Source: Lama glama (lineage: Eukaryota). From it: 64,000 bases of DNA. The notes below the pieces were generated by a model. The model made no database searches and was not told the DNA's origin. It saw only the letters and a program-made list of their open reading frames with translations. Of the stretch, positions 1 through 11,699 are shown one piece after another; position 1 is the first letter of the stretch, and each line of letters opens with the position of its first letter. The translations under genes were made by a program, and so were the position numbers. Where the stretch lies: assembly GCA_028534125.1 (NCBI GenBank), contig CM052816.1, positions 60,700,001-60,764,000 on the forward strand, read 5' to 3'.

Positions 1-1967
1 GTGTTGCCAAGCTTCACGTGACAGAACCAGATTAGCCGATAGACTAGAAAGGACAAGGTCAGCCAACTCCAAGGTAATCGGGGTCCACACATCTGCTGGG
101 CATGCTCTCAAGTGTTTGGTTCAGGGCCAACACCCCTGGACACCAAATGTTTATTGTATTGTGACTGGACACTTGCCTCAATTTTCTGCATTGTTCTCCT
201 AAGTCATGTTAGGCATTGCCTCTGGGAGTCTCTATTGTTTCTGCCAGTCCCCACCTTATGGGAAGGGCCAAGTTCGAATGTCAGTGTCAAGCTCTGTCTC
301 TATGAGATGGAGGATTTTCAAGGGCAAGTCATCACACCTTTCATCTGTTCCCAGTGTCATGACCTTTCTCCCAAGAATTAGGGTTAGCACTTAATAAACT
401 TCAAATCAATTGTCCATCTTTCTTACATACTTAAAACTAGAACATTATCAATTCAGAATGAATATTTTTGCAAAATTACAAATATGTAAATTTTACATAT
501 GTAACTTCAATAGCCCCCAAAATCCTAGATATTATATCATATGATCTTTGAATTATATGATAAGATCTTTGGATTAAAGATGATGATATTATTCACCTTT
601 GGTAGGTTTTTAAATTTTCATTTTTAATGATAGATTTGCCTGCTGCCCCATGACTAATAAAGCACAATTTTGAGACAAATTAAACATAGATAAAAATGTG
701 GCCATTGAGGTGGCCTACATTGGGGTTTTTGATTTATAGCAGAGGGTGTAACATGATACAGAACATGGCGGTTTCTGACCAGCCAGCTGGGAGATAAAGC
801 CTTCACAGCATCTCAAGCTTTTGTTTGTGATTTGAGGTCTAGGAAAGGAAAGGTTATGATACAAGGTTTCAGAAGGTAAGTAGAAGAAGGTTTTAAGTGA
901 TGGTTGAAAGGGACGGGGAGGAAGAGTAATAACATGGTTTGCCTCTAGTGGAGTCTCTGACCTAGAGGTTGAGAAGGATGGGAAACTAAATTATGTTAGC
1001 AAATTAAAATAAGCCTGCAATGGACCAAACGAGAGGAGGCTGCTGATCTGAGCTCATTGTTCAATGTTTCTCCATGTGCTGTCTGTGGAGCACTTGCGTC
1101 ACGTCGCCAGGATCCAGGCAGGGGAGCAGGCAGCTTGTTCTCAGGATCCACCCAAAGGTCTGGGAATATGCATTTTTTTTTTTTTTTACGGAACACACTC
1201 ATGCATGTATCAAGTATATTAAAGCTTGAGGATCACCAAAAAGAATCCTCATTTGAAGATCAAAGAGCCATTTTGTGAGGCAAATGTGCATGGCTCTGTA
1301 GAAGGTGTCTAGAATGAGCTTGACTGATTGCAGTCTGCGTCTCTTTGGACCTCTTTGTTCTTGGAGAACAATTACCTTGGGGACACCAAGGCAGCTTAGC
1401 AGCTGGACAGAATATGCATGTTCTGAAAACAGCTGGAAAAACTGAGCTAATCCACAAAAAGAACTCAGGATAATGTTCCCTCGAGGATTCTGTTTAAACA
1501 AAATTCAAAATGGTGACCTATTTCCCACAGAAGACTCCAGGCTTTTGCACTTGTCTTTCCAAGGTGGATAAGATGGATGTTCACATCTGAGATGCTTTTG
1601 TTATGCTTTCAGCATGAAATTTTCTTTTATTATCATTCTTCATTTTTCAAAAAGATTTATTCAGGACTCTTCACCTGTTTAGGAACTAGAAGACAAGCAA
1701 ACACATTTACTCATTTTTATCCCTTGTAGCAGTTTGCTTTCAGAGTCAAATGGTTCTATTTTCAATTTGTAGAGCAACCGCTTTCACTCTGTCTACACAG
1801 CATGGCAAGTTGTTCCTTCCACCATGAACCTCGACTAATTAGAAAATAAAATGATGTTCAATAGTAACCTAGCAAGCAGTGACCCTTTCCACAATCATAA
1901 GCCAGTTTGCAACCCTAGGGGTGATTTTTAAGGATCTTTGTACTCGAGGAAACAGTGTCTTCTAGTC

Positions 1968-2115
1968 CCTTTTCCCTCAAAGTGTGGTTGCCAATACGCC
2001 GTCCAAGGAACTTGTTAAGGGCAGAGTCTCAGTCCCCGCCGCAGAGCTATCCTGTCAGCATCTTAACAAGATTCCTAGGGATTTCATAGCCAATTAAAGT
2101 CAGAAAAGCAGTGCT
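1968..2115. mobile_element. MER5A-like hAT-Charlie DNA transposon fossil
   Basis: ctcaaagtgtggt...ggaacttgttaag-gcagagtctcag...ttaacaagattcctagggatt...aaaagcagtgctctaga resembles the MER5A consensus. Confidence 0.7.
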
Positions 2116-2117
2116 CT

Positions 2118-2295
2118 AGAGTGGTTCTCACACTTGGCTATATATTAGAATCACCAGTGGAAATTTAAAAATTAATGACCTTTTGGTCCCACCCTCAAGA
2201 TCTTCTGATTTAACTGGTTTGGGTTGTGGTCTGGACACCAAGATTTAACAAGTTCATTAAGTGAAAAGTGATTGATTGTAGGGCCAAGATGGGGA
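2118..2295. mobile_element. MER5B-like hAT-Charlie fossil
   Basis: gtggttctcacacttggct..attagaatcacc..cccaccctcaagat..ctgatttaactggtttggg; begins at a CTCTAGAG Charlie-type target site. Confidence 0.65.
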
Positions 2296-3340
2296 AATAC
2301 AGGATAAACCTGGAACAACTCATGGTGCCACAAATTAAGTAATTGCTCCAGAAAAGATAGGACCTTGTCAGCAGAACACAGGTAACAGCCTAAAGGAGTT
2401 CCTAATGGCCAAAGCTAGTATAGTCTGAGTAATACAATAATTTATGATACTGTTGGATTTAAGCCATTGAATAAAATAAATATTCGTGAATCATATAAAT
2501 AATGAAATAAAAAAGTAAATGGAGAAGAATTCAAATAGAATTCCAATTAACAGGTGCAGAAAGAAAAGAGGGAGGTAAGAATCACCATCAGGCAAATACC
2601 ACAAGAATAACTGTTGCAGATAAGATTCAAAAATGTATGCTCAAATTAGCAGGCAACAGTTTGAGGAGAAAAAGGATTTGCATGGACTAGAAGTACTTCT
2701 CCCACGATACTTGCCAATGCAAAACCTACCAATATAAAGTGAAAGACAGTCACTTTACAGTATAGAAACCGAGCAGACACTAGCCTTACCATACAAATAT
2801 CACTGGTGATAAGACACAGAACACCCTGAACCCCTTGCTACGATGCACGTCATTATTTTTGTGGCATTCTTTTTTTTATATTGAAGTCTAGTTGATTTAC
2901 AATGTTGCATTTCTGTGACATTCTTGACAAAAAAATGCGTAACCTAACTCCAGTCATAAGAAAACAGGACAAACCCAAATTGAAGGTCATTGTTCAGAAT
3001 TACTGATCAGGACTCTTCAAACATATCTAGGTGATGAAAGCTAAATAAAGCATGGGGAACATTACAGAAACTAACAGGTAACAAGTAAATAAAATGTGGG
3101 CTCCTGGTAGGACCCTGGAACCAAAAAAAGGACATCAGTGAGAAAAAAGTGGTGAAATTTGAATCGAGTCAGTAGTTTGGTTAATAATATATCAATGTTA
3201 ATGCCTCTTTTGGACAATTATACTATGGTTATATAAGATCTTATTAGGGGAAGGAGGGTATGGGATACTAAGGAACTCTTGGTACTATTTTTGCAACTTT
3301 TCTGCAAATCCAAAATTAGTTAAAAATAAAATGTTAAAAA
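2296..3340 (+). mobile_element. L1MC-type (L1MC3/4-like) LINE-1 3' UTR fragment
   Basis: aaggagttcctaatggccaaagctag, aaacccaaattgaagg, aactcttggtactatttttgcaacttttctg..aaaataaaa are L1MC 3'-end motifs. Confidence 0.8.
2872..2908 (-). mobile_element. Ultra-truncated artiodactyl L1 3' tip with poly(A), nested in L1MC
   Basis: ttttttatattgaagtctagttgatttacaatgttg matches the reverse complement of the L1 ends near 40050-40085 and 56800-56828; 17-bp TSD atttttgtggcattctt (2855-2871) / atttctgtgacattctt (2909-2925). Confidence 0.8.
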
Positions 3341-3594
3341 GCAAAAATCCCTAGGTGAATAAAATAGTAGCCAAAGTTGACAACTACTATTCCAACTTCA
3401 ATGGGCCACCCTCTCCACTTCTCATTTCTCCTTAATCGGGGAAAATAATGTCTCCCTTCTTGCCCTCATCAAGTGGACTAGCTTGGGGTGCCTGGGACAG
3501 GGGGCATCACTGTAAGTAACAACATTAACACTACACCCAGGGAAAGGTCCATGGTGAGTGCCATGGGGATAATATACTTGGAGCATAAACATCA

Positions 3595-3934
3595 TGGTAG
3601 ACATGTATGGTATCTGTCTGCCTATATCCTTTTGATAAGAGCATCCCAATTGACTTGTGAAGAATTGCCTATTTCCTTTTGATGGTCTTGTCATTCCAGG
3701 AGTGGACTATCCTTGGATTCTGAATCTTGAGACGAGTAACACAAGGACAGTAATGTCTGGACAAAGCTATCAGTTAGCTCCCATTACCTAGGTCTGGAGT
3801 TGCCAGCCTTGTACTTTTCCAAGTCTCAGTCTCTGGCTTTTCCTTTGATTCTCTGAGCTACCAGTAACACCTCCTTCTGACTGAATTAGCTAAAATCAGC
3901 TATTACTTGACACCAAGAAACTCCAAGAAATACA
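3595..3934 (+). mobile_element. Ancient ERVL/MaLR-type LTR fragment (LTR16/LTR33-like)
   Basis: 3' end ttagctaaaatcagctattacttgacaccaagaaactccaagaaataca resembles ERVL LTR ends; highly diverged. Confidence 0.45.
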
Positions 3935-5019
3935 GGTGTGCTGAACTGAATCCACTGGTCACTTAATCCAGGTGAGAAGAAATCCGAATGCCATACAAAA
4001 GTGATTAGCGATACTAACCTTAAAGATATATTCCTGACCTCAATAAGGGTCAAAATTTAGGAAACTGCTAATATTTCAGGTGAAAGGAAGGGATTTCTCT
4101 TATTGCAGGTTAAATTACTTGAGAAAAAAAAGAGTGCTTTGACAGGAAAAAAGTTACTTCAAGTTATGGCAGAAACAGATCTTGGCATATACTATGTTGG
4201 AACTGGCTTTCTACTATGCTATGAGAGTCTTGAAGGCAAAAGCAAACCAGATCTTATTTATGGAGCACCTTATTCGTGCTGACATCTACCACAACGTCTG
4301 TCATACAGTAGTTCATGATAAATAGTTATTGAGTGAATGGATAAAACTATTGCCACCATAAGACTTTAAACCAGCTTTATTAAAACTCTATGTTTATCTA
4401 AAGTTTTCTCAGTCCAAGATTTGTATAGGTTGATTAAAAACCAAAAAAAATCCATGAGGGGAAAAAAAATCTGTTTCTAGAATAATGTGGCCTCATTCCC
4501 AAAGAGTCACTCATTTTAATAAAATGAGTAAGTGCATAAAAATCTGCAGCTCAAACTATCACTATTACTGTCCTGTTGACCGAAGTTCCTCCCCAACTAT
4601 TTGCCCTCCTGAAACAACCAAACTAATAAGAACTGCCTGCTTGTGATGTGAATAGGATGGAAAGAACAACGGAGGAGTGTTTAAGACCATCTACTGGTCC
4701 AGCCTGTCGGCAAGGCGGGAGAGGCTATTGTAAGCTACAAGAACCTTCCTGCCAGCAGCCCAAGGACACTACTCAGACGCTACAGGGTGGGAAGAGTCTG
4801 TGCCCATTTTTATAGAAAGCCTCATTCTTGTGGAAACTCCTTTCTTATATAAGAATATTCGGATCCTTTATTATAGTTAGCCATGTTGCAAAATTAATGC
4901 AAGGGAATCTTTGTGGCCAGGAAGAAGATGAAATTAGATGATGGGGGTGTTTCAGCATTACAAAAGTCAGAGGTCTTAGCTGCCAACCACAGAATCAATT
5001 CTCTCTTGTTTAAGTAGGA

Positions 5020-5390
5020 AGTGATTTATTAAAAGATATTAGAATGCTCACTGAGTCTTTGGAAGAACTGAAGAAACAGGCTGTGGAGTGAACTTCCAGA
5101 AACAATCCCCCAAACCTCAATGCAGAAATGGGTGGGGAGGAAATTGCCACTCCTGATGATGCGAGAACCACACCACCTCTCCCACCATCTGTGCCTGCAA
5201 AATAGATGCCCTGCACCCCACCGGCTTCCTCACATAAATCACTTCTGTATCCACATCTCTGTATATGCATTTGATTAGCAGAATGTGAAGTCACATGATG
5301 CTCCCTGGAGGCAAATTAAACTGAGAAATGTAGGGCTTTGCATCCTATCCTGGGAAGATGGGACTCACACCATGGGGAACCATCATAATG
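5020..5390 (-). mobile_element. Old MaLR LTR (MLT1K/L-like)
   Basis: gcatttgattagcagaatgtgaagtcacatg..ccctggaggcaaattaaactgagaaatgtag motif. Confidence 0.5.
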
Positions 5391-5479
5391 TAGAAAGAGT
5401 GTCAAAAGATTTGGCTAACAGGGTAAACCAGAATGATTTAGGCTTTAAAAGGGTCTAGCCCTTGATTAATTGTACTAAT

Positions 5480-5493
5480 CTGCCCCCTGGTGT
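5480..5493 (-). promoter_or_regulatory. Candidate CTCF core motif
   Basis: Minus strand reads ACACCAGGGGGCAG, 13/14 to CCACCAGGGGGCAG; motif match only. Confidence 0.45.
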
Positions 5494-5597
5494 AATGTTT
5501 TCAGCCATCATGTACAAGTGGGCCAGAGCATCAGCTTCAGGATGCTGGCTCCAAACTTCAGTCATTTCCCCGCTAAGTATCGCATAAGGGAATGGAA

Positions 5598-5815
5598 TGA
5601 TCATGTACTGAGCACCTTCCACGTGCCAGACACTGTGCCAGATGCCTTATATGCATTATGTGTTTAATCTCCTCAGTAACCCAATTCAAGGGGACAGTAC
5701 CCCTTTTACAAAGAAAGAAATCAATACGGAGATGTTAATTTTTCTCAAAGTCACTCAGCAGAGTGGGGCTAGGATTTAATCCAAGATCACTCTCTCTTGA
5801 GTTATGCTCTTTCTA
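5598..5815 (-). mobile_element. MIR SINE
   Basis: tactgagcacctt..gtgccagacactgtgccagatgcctt..tttaatctcctcagtaaccc..ttttaca..ggatttaatccaag. Confidence 0.75.
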
Positions 5816-5818
5816 ATA

Positions 5819-6290
5819 CAGACGGTCCCTGATTTAGGATGGTTCAACTTAGCAATTTTTCACTTTTACGATGGATGAAAAGCAATACTCATTCAGTAGA
5901 AACCATACTTCGAGTTTTTGATTTTGATCTTTTCCCGAGCTGAACTCTCTTGTGATCCTGAGCACCTCCCAGTCAGCCATGCAGTCACAGGTGAAACAAC
6001 CAACACCCATACAACCATCCTGCACCTGAACAACCTTTCTGTTCTCCATTTGCAGTACAAGAGTCACTATGTTACAGGAGAAATCCAACACTTCATCATA
6101 AAACAGGCTTTGTGTTAGATGACTCTGCCCAACTGTAGGCTAATGTGCCTGGGGAACGTTTAAGGTAGGCTAGGCTAAGCTCTGATGTTCAGTAGGTTAG
6201 GTGTATTCAATACATTTATGATTTTGGATTATTTTTAATTTATGATAGGTTTATCAGGACTTCACCCCATGGGAGCTCAAGGAAGCTCTA
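5819..6290 (-). mobile_element. Tigger5/MER47-family TcMar DNA transposon (non-autonomous)
   Basis: Starts cagacggtccctgattt; internal aggctttgtgttagatga..gcccaactgtaggctaatg..taaggtaggctaggctaagc; TA on both flanks (5817-18, 6291-92). Confidence 0.85.
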
Positions 6291-6292
6291 TA

Positions 6293-6448
6293 CTGGTTCT
6301 GACCTAGGGCACTCATGAACCCGCTGAAGGTGGTATTGGCTTCAGGAGCCCTTGTAATTGTGGACGTGCATCTTTCTGGGGGGTGGTGTCATCTATACCT
6401 TTTAGGGGCAGAAGGGCATATGACCCTCAAACAGTAATGAACCACTGC
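6293..6448 (-). mobile_element. MER103C-like hAT-Charlie fossil
   Basis: ggttctgacctagg..ggcttcagg..gtgcatctttctggggg..tgaccctcaaacagtaatgaaccactg. Confidence 0.6.
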
Positions 6449-7959
6449 ACAACCCAAAGATGTAGTCTCTCTGTTTATGATCATAAAGCTATTGTTGAGG
6501 GTGGGTTACGCTCCAACTAGTTTTTTTTTTTTACTTTTGAGCTTAGCACTTATTTATTGTGATGTCATTTTGTAATATAACATTTAAACTTAAAATGTGA
6601 TCCAAGCACCCTATCTCTTGGGGGCAAAAATACGTGTCTGCATAGGAGTGAGCAAGGGCGAAAACCGATGAGAAAGTTTTTCTCTACAAGATGAGAAAGG
6701 GCTGAACAAAACAGGAACATATTTTTCATTTAAGTGCTGAAGTCCAAGCTGTTCATCAGAGGACCTAGCATCTATTTGTGGCTTTGTCACCAATTCCATT
6801 TATCAGGGCCTCCACCACCTGTGTGATGGGAGTAATAGAAAACCTGCCATCATTTCCTCCACCATGATGTTATGAGAGTGTTTGGAAAGTACTTTCATCT
6901 CCCCAACAGAAAGGCATTACAGATCTATATATATACCTGTTATGACTTCTTTGGGGAAAAGGAAAAGAGAAGACTTGGCTTACAACTTCCAGGACTGAAT
7001 GATTTTCGAGCCTCACAGGCATCCAGTGTGGGAAGTTCTTTGTGAAGAACGATTTGCTTATTTCTCAGTTTTTCATTTCTAGTGGGTTGCTTCTTCCTCT
7101 CTTTCCATTTGTTGTGTTTAAAAATTTTTTTCCAATATAAATAAGCCTCTCAAATTGTGTTGGCTAGCTGGAATGTTGCTTTAGATGGTTCATTATTTAT
7201 GTCTTGCTGTCAACATACACATTTTCTAGCAGAACACAAAAGCTTTATGCTAGAAACAAGGTAATAATTGTTTCCAAGCAGAAAGATGCAAAGAAGCCCA
7301 GGAGAGTTAGCCTGGCCCACTTAGACAAGTAGCAGTATATCCCATAAATACAGGAGCATGTCTAAATGTAGCATTTTACGAACAGGGTCAACCATATGAG
7401 TGTGAAACGTCCCCTTCTTTGCCATCTAGTCCCCGAAGCAATCAGTTTTTTAAATGGCATCTTAGAAAGGTAATGAATATCTACTAACACCAGATGTAAA
7501 CTTAATTTCAAAGCCGTGGAACAGGCCATAAATAAAAACATTGAGTGATTTCCAGAGCTCACCCTGTTCATACCAACAGAAATATGGCCTCTTCTCACAT
7601 AGGGTAAAATGTCAGGTAGTATGAAGTTCAATTGTTGGTGGTTGTTGCTCTTGCTGTTACTGTTGCTGATTGGCTTTTGTAAAGAAAAAATATGAATAAA
7701 CTAACAATTATGGTAGTATCCAACATAAGAATTCAACACACGATATTTACGGATCAGGTGGCAGGGAAGAGAGACAAAGGAGAAATTTTGAAAACATCTT
7801 CTCCTTGATGTTTTCTTCAACTACTGTAGCTCATAATTTCAAACCACAGTATTACATATTATATTGCCTGGATGGAGGTTAGCTGTAGTTACTCAATTAG
7901 ACGCCCAATGCATGAGCAAGAGGTAAAGAATTCTTCAGATCACCACTGGCACAGGAAGG

Positions 7960-8520
7960 CTAAGCCACACTGTTTCACCTTCATGGGAAGTAGATGATGC
8001 TCCAGCTCTTAGGATTCCCTCCATAGCTAGTCCATCATCAAGCCTGTTGAGTTTTCCTCATGTAACTCTCCCATTCTCCCCAGCTTTCCCATGTTAAATT
8101 CTGCTTCCCTGACTCAGTCTGTGTCACCAATAAGATTACAGCAACCACCCTCTAAATGATTTCCTAGCTTAGAGTCCAGCCCTTCCAATTTCCCTTGTAT
8201 CTCCATGCCAGATTAATCTTCCAGAAACACTGCTTTGATCATGCCACTCTCTTGCAAATCAATAAGATAAAGGCCAACATTCTTAGCCTAGTATGCAAGG
8301 CCCCATATCTTTCCAGGTTCACCTTCCAAGTCTCACTCTACAGACCTTATACTCATGCCAAACTGGATTATTCATTGTTTGTGACTCAGGCTCTGTTCCA
8401 GTCTTCCCCCCCAGAAGTTTCAATGCACCTAGAAGCCTATTTAGCCCTTCTTCCCATCCATTTAAGTCCAACAACTACTCAAAATCTATATATTTGCCAA
8501 AACTCGACTAAAATCCACTC
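7960..8520 (+). mobile_element. L2 LINE fragment
   Basis: tccatcatcaagcctgttgagttt..attacagcaaccaccctcta..gccagattaatcttcc..gatcatgccactctcttg. Confidence 0.7.
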
Positions 8521-8524
8521 CCCT

Positions 8525-9040
8525 TGATGGCAATTTTAAAACATGTCCTCCAAGTCTTTGACACTTCTCCCACTGAGAAGTAGGCTCTAGGTCTCCTATC
8601 CTCAAATCTGGGTTGACCTTTAGGGATTCTCTTTTAACCAGTGGACTATCACAGAAGGGGATGCTGAATAACTTCCAAGGTTCTGCCAGAAATGGCCATG
8701 TACCTTCCACCTGCTTGTCTTAGAATTTTTGTCCTGGGGGCAGCCGGGAACCAAGCAAGAAAACCAAGTACTTTAAGACTACCATGATGAAGAGACCACA
8801 TCTATAAATTCCGGTTGACAGCCCAGCCGAGCTCTAGCATAACTGTCCTTTAAGGAAAGACATCTTGGGTGTTCAGCCCACACAGCCTTCAGACAACTGC
8901 CCCAGTCAACATCCTAGGAGAGAATTGTTCCCCCAAGCCCTGCCCAAATTTCTGGCCCCCAAATCAGGAGCAAAACAAATGGTTATTTTAAGCCATTAAG
9001 TTTTGGGGGTAATGTGTTATGCCACAATAGTAATTAAACA
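8525..9040 (+). mobile_element. MaLR solo LTR (MLT1G/H-like)
   Basis: TG...CA ends; tttgacacttctcccactgagaagt..aagccctgcccaaatttct..ttttaagccattaagttttgggggtaatgtgttatgc. Confidence 0.85.
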
Positions 9041-9109
9041 TCCTCACAAATTCTCTTCCTGACCTTTCAATCCTTGAGTCATCTCCCTTTTAAATTCCAA
9101 AGCAATTAT

Positions 9110-9760
9110 TCTCTATTTTCATTTATTCTGGAAGTACTAAGCGAGGCATCTACTAAGTCACAGGCCCTGTGTGGGATGCTGGGGAAGCAACAGATTTTGA
9201 GGAAGACACTAATTCCTGCTCAGAGATATTTATAGTCTGGTGGAGACAGATGAGAAAACAGGTAATTATAATACATTGTGTCTATGATAAATATTGAGGC
9301 CCAATTTTGTGCCAGGCCATGTGCCACAGAGAGATGAGTTTGAAAATATAGATTTTTTATAGGCCATGGGATATCGATGCAGAATGCTCCTGGAGATAAC
9401 TGAGTGCATGTTCTGGAGAGAGAATTGGGCTGGAGATTTAGATACGGGAGGGAGTCACCAGCACTTGACGACCGTGAAAGCCATGGTCATGACCGAGATT
9501 TCCCGGAAAGCGGGTGAGAAGGGCAGAGAATCTCAGCAAGAATCCTACAGCAAAGGAAAAGGGTCCTTCAAAGGAAAAGAAGGTCCAGAGAAAAAGCAAG
9601 GGAACTAAAGTCTGTGAGTTCCCCAAATCAAGGCCAACGGGTGTTTCAAGGAGCTGGGGGCGGTCAATTATGCCAAGTGCTGCAAGGGCCAGACAAATCA
9701 GGTCTGAAGAGCATACTTGTTCATGTAGACAATCCGAATGTCTCTGACATCTATTTAATT
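9110..9760 (-). mobile_element. L2 fragments
   Basis: ggatgctgggga..cctgctcagagatatttatagtctggtggagacaga; gggctggagatttagat..ggagtcaccagc. Confidence 0.65.
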
Positions 9761-10771
9761 GTGGTCTAGGGCTGCTGTTTGAAAACCTTTTTAGGTATCA
9801 AGGTCACTCTGAAGTTTCAGCTTCTTTGTGGATGGGACTTGTTTATGTTGCAAATTTGAATTTCACAGTTACAAGACGCAGATGTGTAAGTTGAAAACTT
9901 TTTTGTGTTAACTGAAAGGAATTCTCTGGTTCCCATTCTGGCTGATGGCAGGTTTAATCTTGCCATCATTCATATAATGTAGTTCCTTCTATTTTAAAAT
10001 ACATTTCTTTTTTTTTTTTCAAGAACATGCTCAAATCCAAGATTATCCAGGTTCCCAGGGGTGCTGAGGTATGGCCCTGGCAGGAAATCAGGTTTGCATC
10101 AGCGTCCACTGTGCATGCTAGACTCTGCTTGGGTGTAGCTCATTCCTCCAAATTTTAAGCATCAACTTCTGTCTTCATCGTATCCACTGTTGACATCTGA
10201 GGCCCCAACAACCCCATGGTTGTTGATCCATGCAACCTGAACCATCCCTGTTCTTTCTCAGGGCTGCCAGCTACTCCCTCCTTGCCCTCCTCTTAGCTAC
10301 TTACCTGATCCCCCACTATGGTGGCCAGAATCCTGGAACCCTGGACATCTCCCTCGGTCATCCCTACTCTACCACCCACGGTCCACAGTGGACATGGTGC
10401 TTCTTTAGAGTTCATGGTATAACGCCTCTAAATTTATACCAAAAAGGAAAAACATTGTTATTTCTTACTGTCACAATACCAGTTCAGGGCATAGAATTTC
10501 ATACATGAAGCCAATTTTTCAGAATCTCTCCCAAAACCTATTCGCTCATAAGAGCTTAAGAGATCTTGAAAGTCAAAAAACATTTTGGCTTTCAGACTAC
10601 TGTCTCTGCTCTGGACTTTAATAACCTTCTTGCAAGTGAAAATTGCCTTATTCTAGAATGCATTATTCACCATTTCTTGATCAATAAATGCTATTGATAC
10701 AATGGGGAGAAAACAGGACAACTAAGATTTTTCCAGGAACAACAAAAAAAAATGCATCAGATAGTATTTTA

Positions 10772-10892
10772 TTTATTTATCTATTTCTCTATCTATTTAT
10801 TTATTTATTTATTTTAATGGAGATACGGGGGATTGAACCCAGGACTTCATACATGCTAAGCACACACTCTACCACTGAGCTATACCCTCCCC
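10772..10892 (-). mobile_element. Vic-1-type camelid tRNA-derived SINE
   Basis: Reverse complement GGGGAGGGTATAGCTCAGTGGTAGAG..GTCCTGGGTTCAATCCCC (Pol III A/B boxes) with (TAAA)n tail; TSD agatagtatttta / agacaatatttta. Confidence 0.92.
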
Positions 10893-11699
10893 TAGACAAT
10901 ATTTTAAAAGTCTTATCCAATTATATTGGTTATACACATAGTAAGTAATCAAATTATACAATTTAAAATATGTACTATGGTTATTTGTTAGGAGAAAGGT
11001 AAGTAAGTTGGCCTAACATTTGCTATCTTTTTGTAAATCTGAGTTTTCAAGGTCATTCTTTAAAGGACTCTATTCCATTACTAGGACTTAAACTATAAGC
11101 ATTTAAACTATAAACAGTATCAGTCATCATAGTGTTGGTGGTGGTTATGACTTTGCTGGCCCCCCAAATGATGTCCCATAGGCACTATTAAATGAGAAAT
11201 AAAGATTAGTATGTTTTCCCCTGTAATTATACTTCTTTACATGAAAGTAAAACTCTTGATTAAACCAGACAAGCACCAATACTTATTAATATTACTACAT
11301 AATTGCTCTGTTTAAATGGGACATATAATTAGGATTAACTTAAAGAAATATAAGACTCTTAACACAATTACAGCCTCCTTTCTCATAATCTTTGTTGTTC
11401 ATCATTGCTTAATTTAATCTGGGTTTATCCTGAGTTTAAATAGAATTAATGTACCCTTTACCTTCCCAAAAATTAAACCTCAAGCTCCTGGACCCCTTGC
11501 CTCAAGTGACACACCATTGGCTATTTCTGATTAAGCAATATTCCTATAAACGCTTATTCTTCCACAGTACTCTTAAAGCAATTTTCTACAAATTCTAACT
11601 CTCCTCTTTTTAGAGCATATCCTTGTTCCTTTTCTCTTCTTCTTCTTTTTTTTTTTTTTTTTTCCAGAAATCTTAGCAGAAATTGAGGGAGAGACATGT

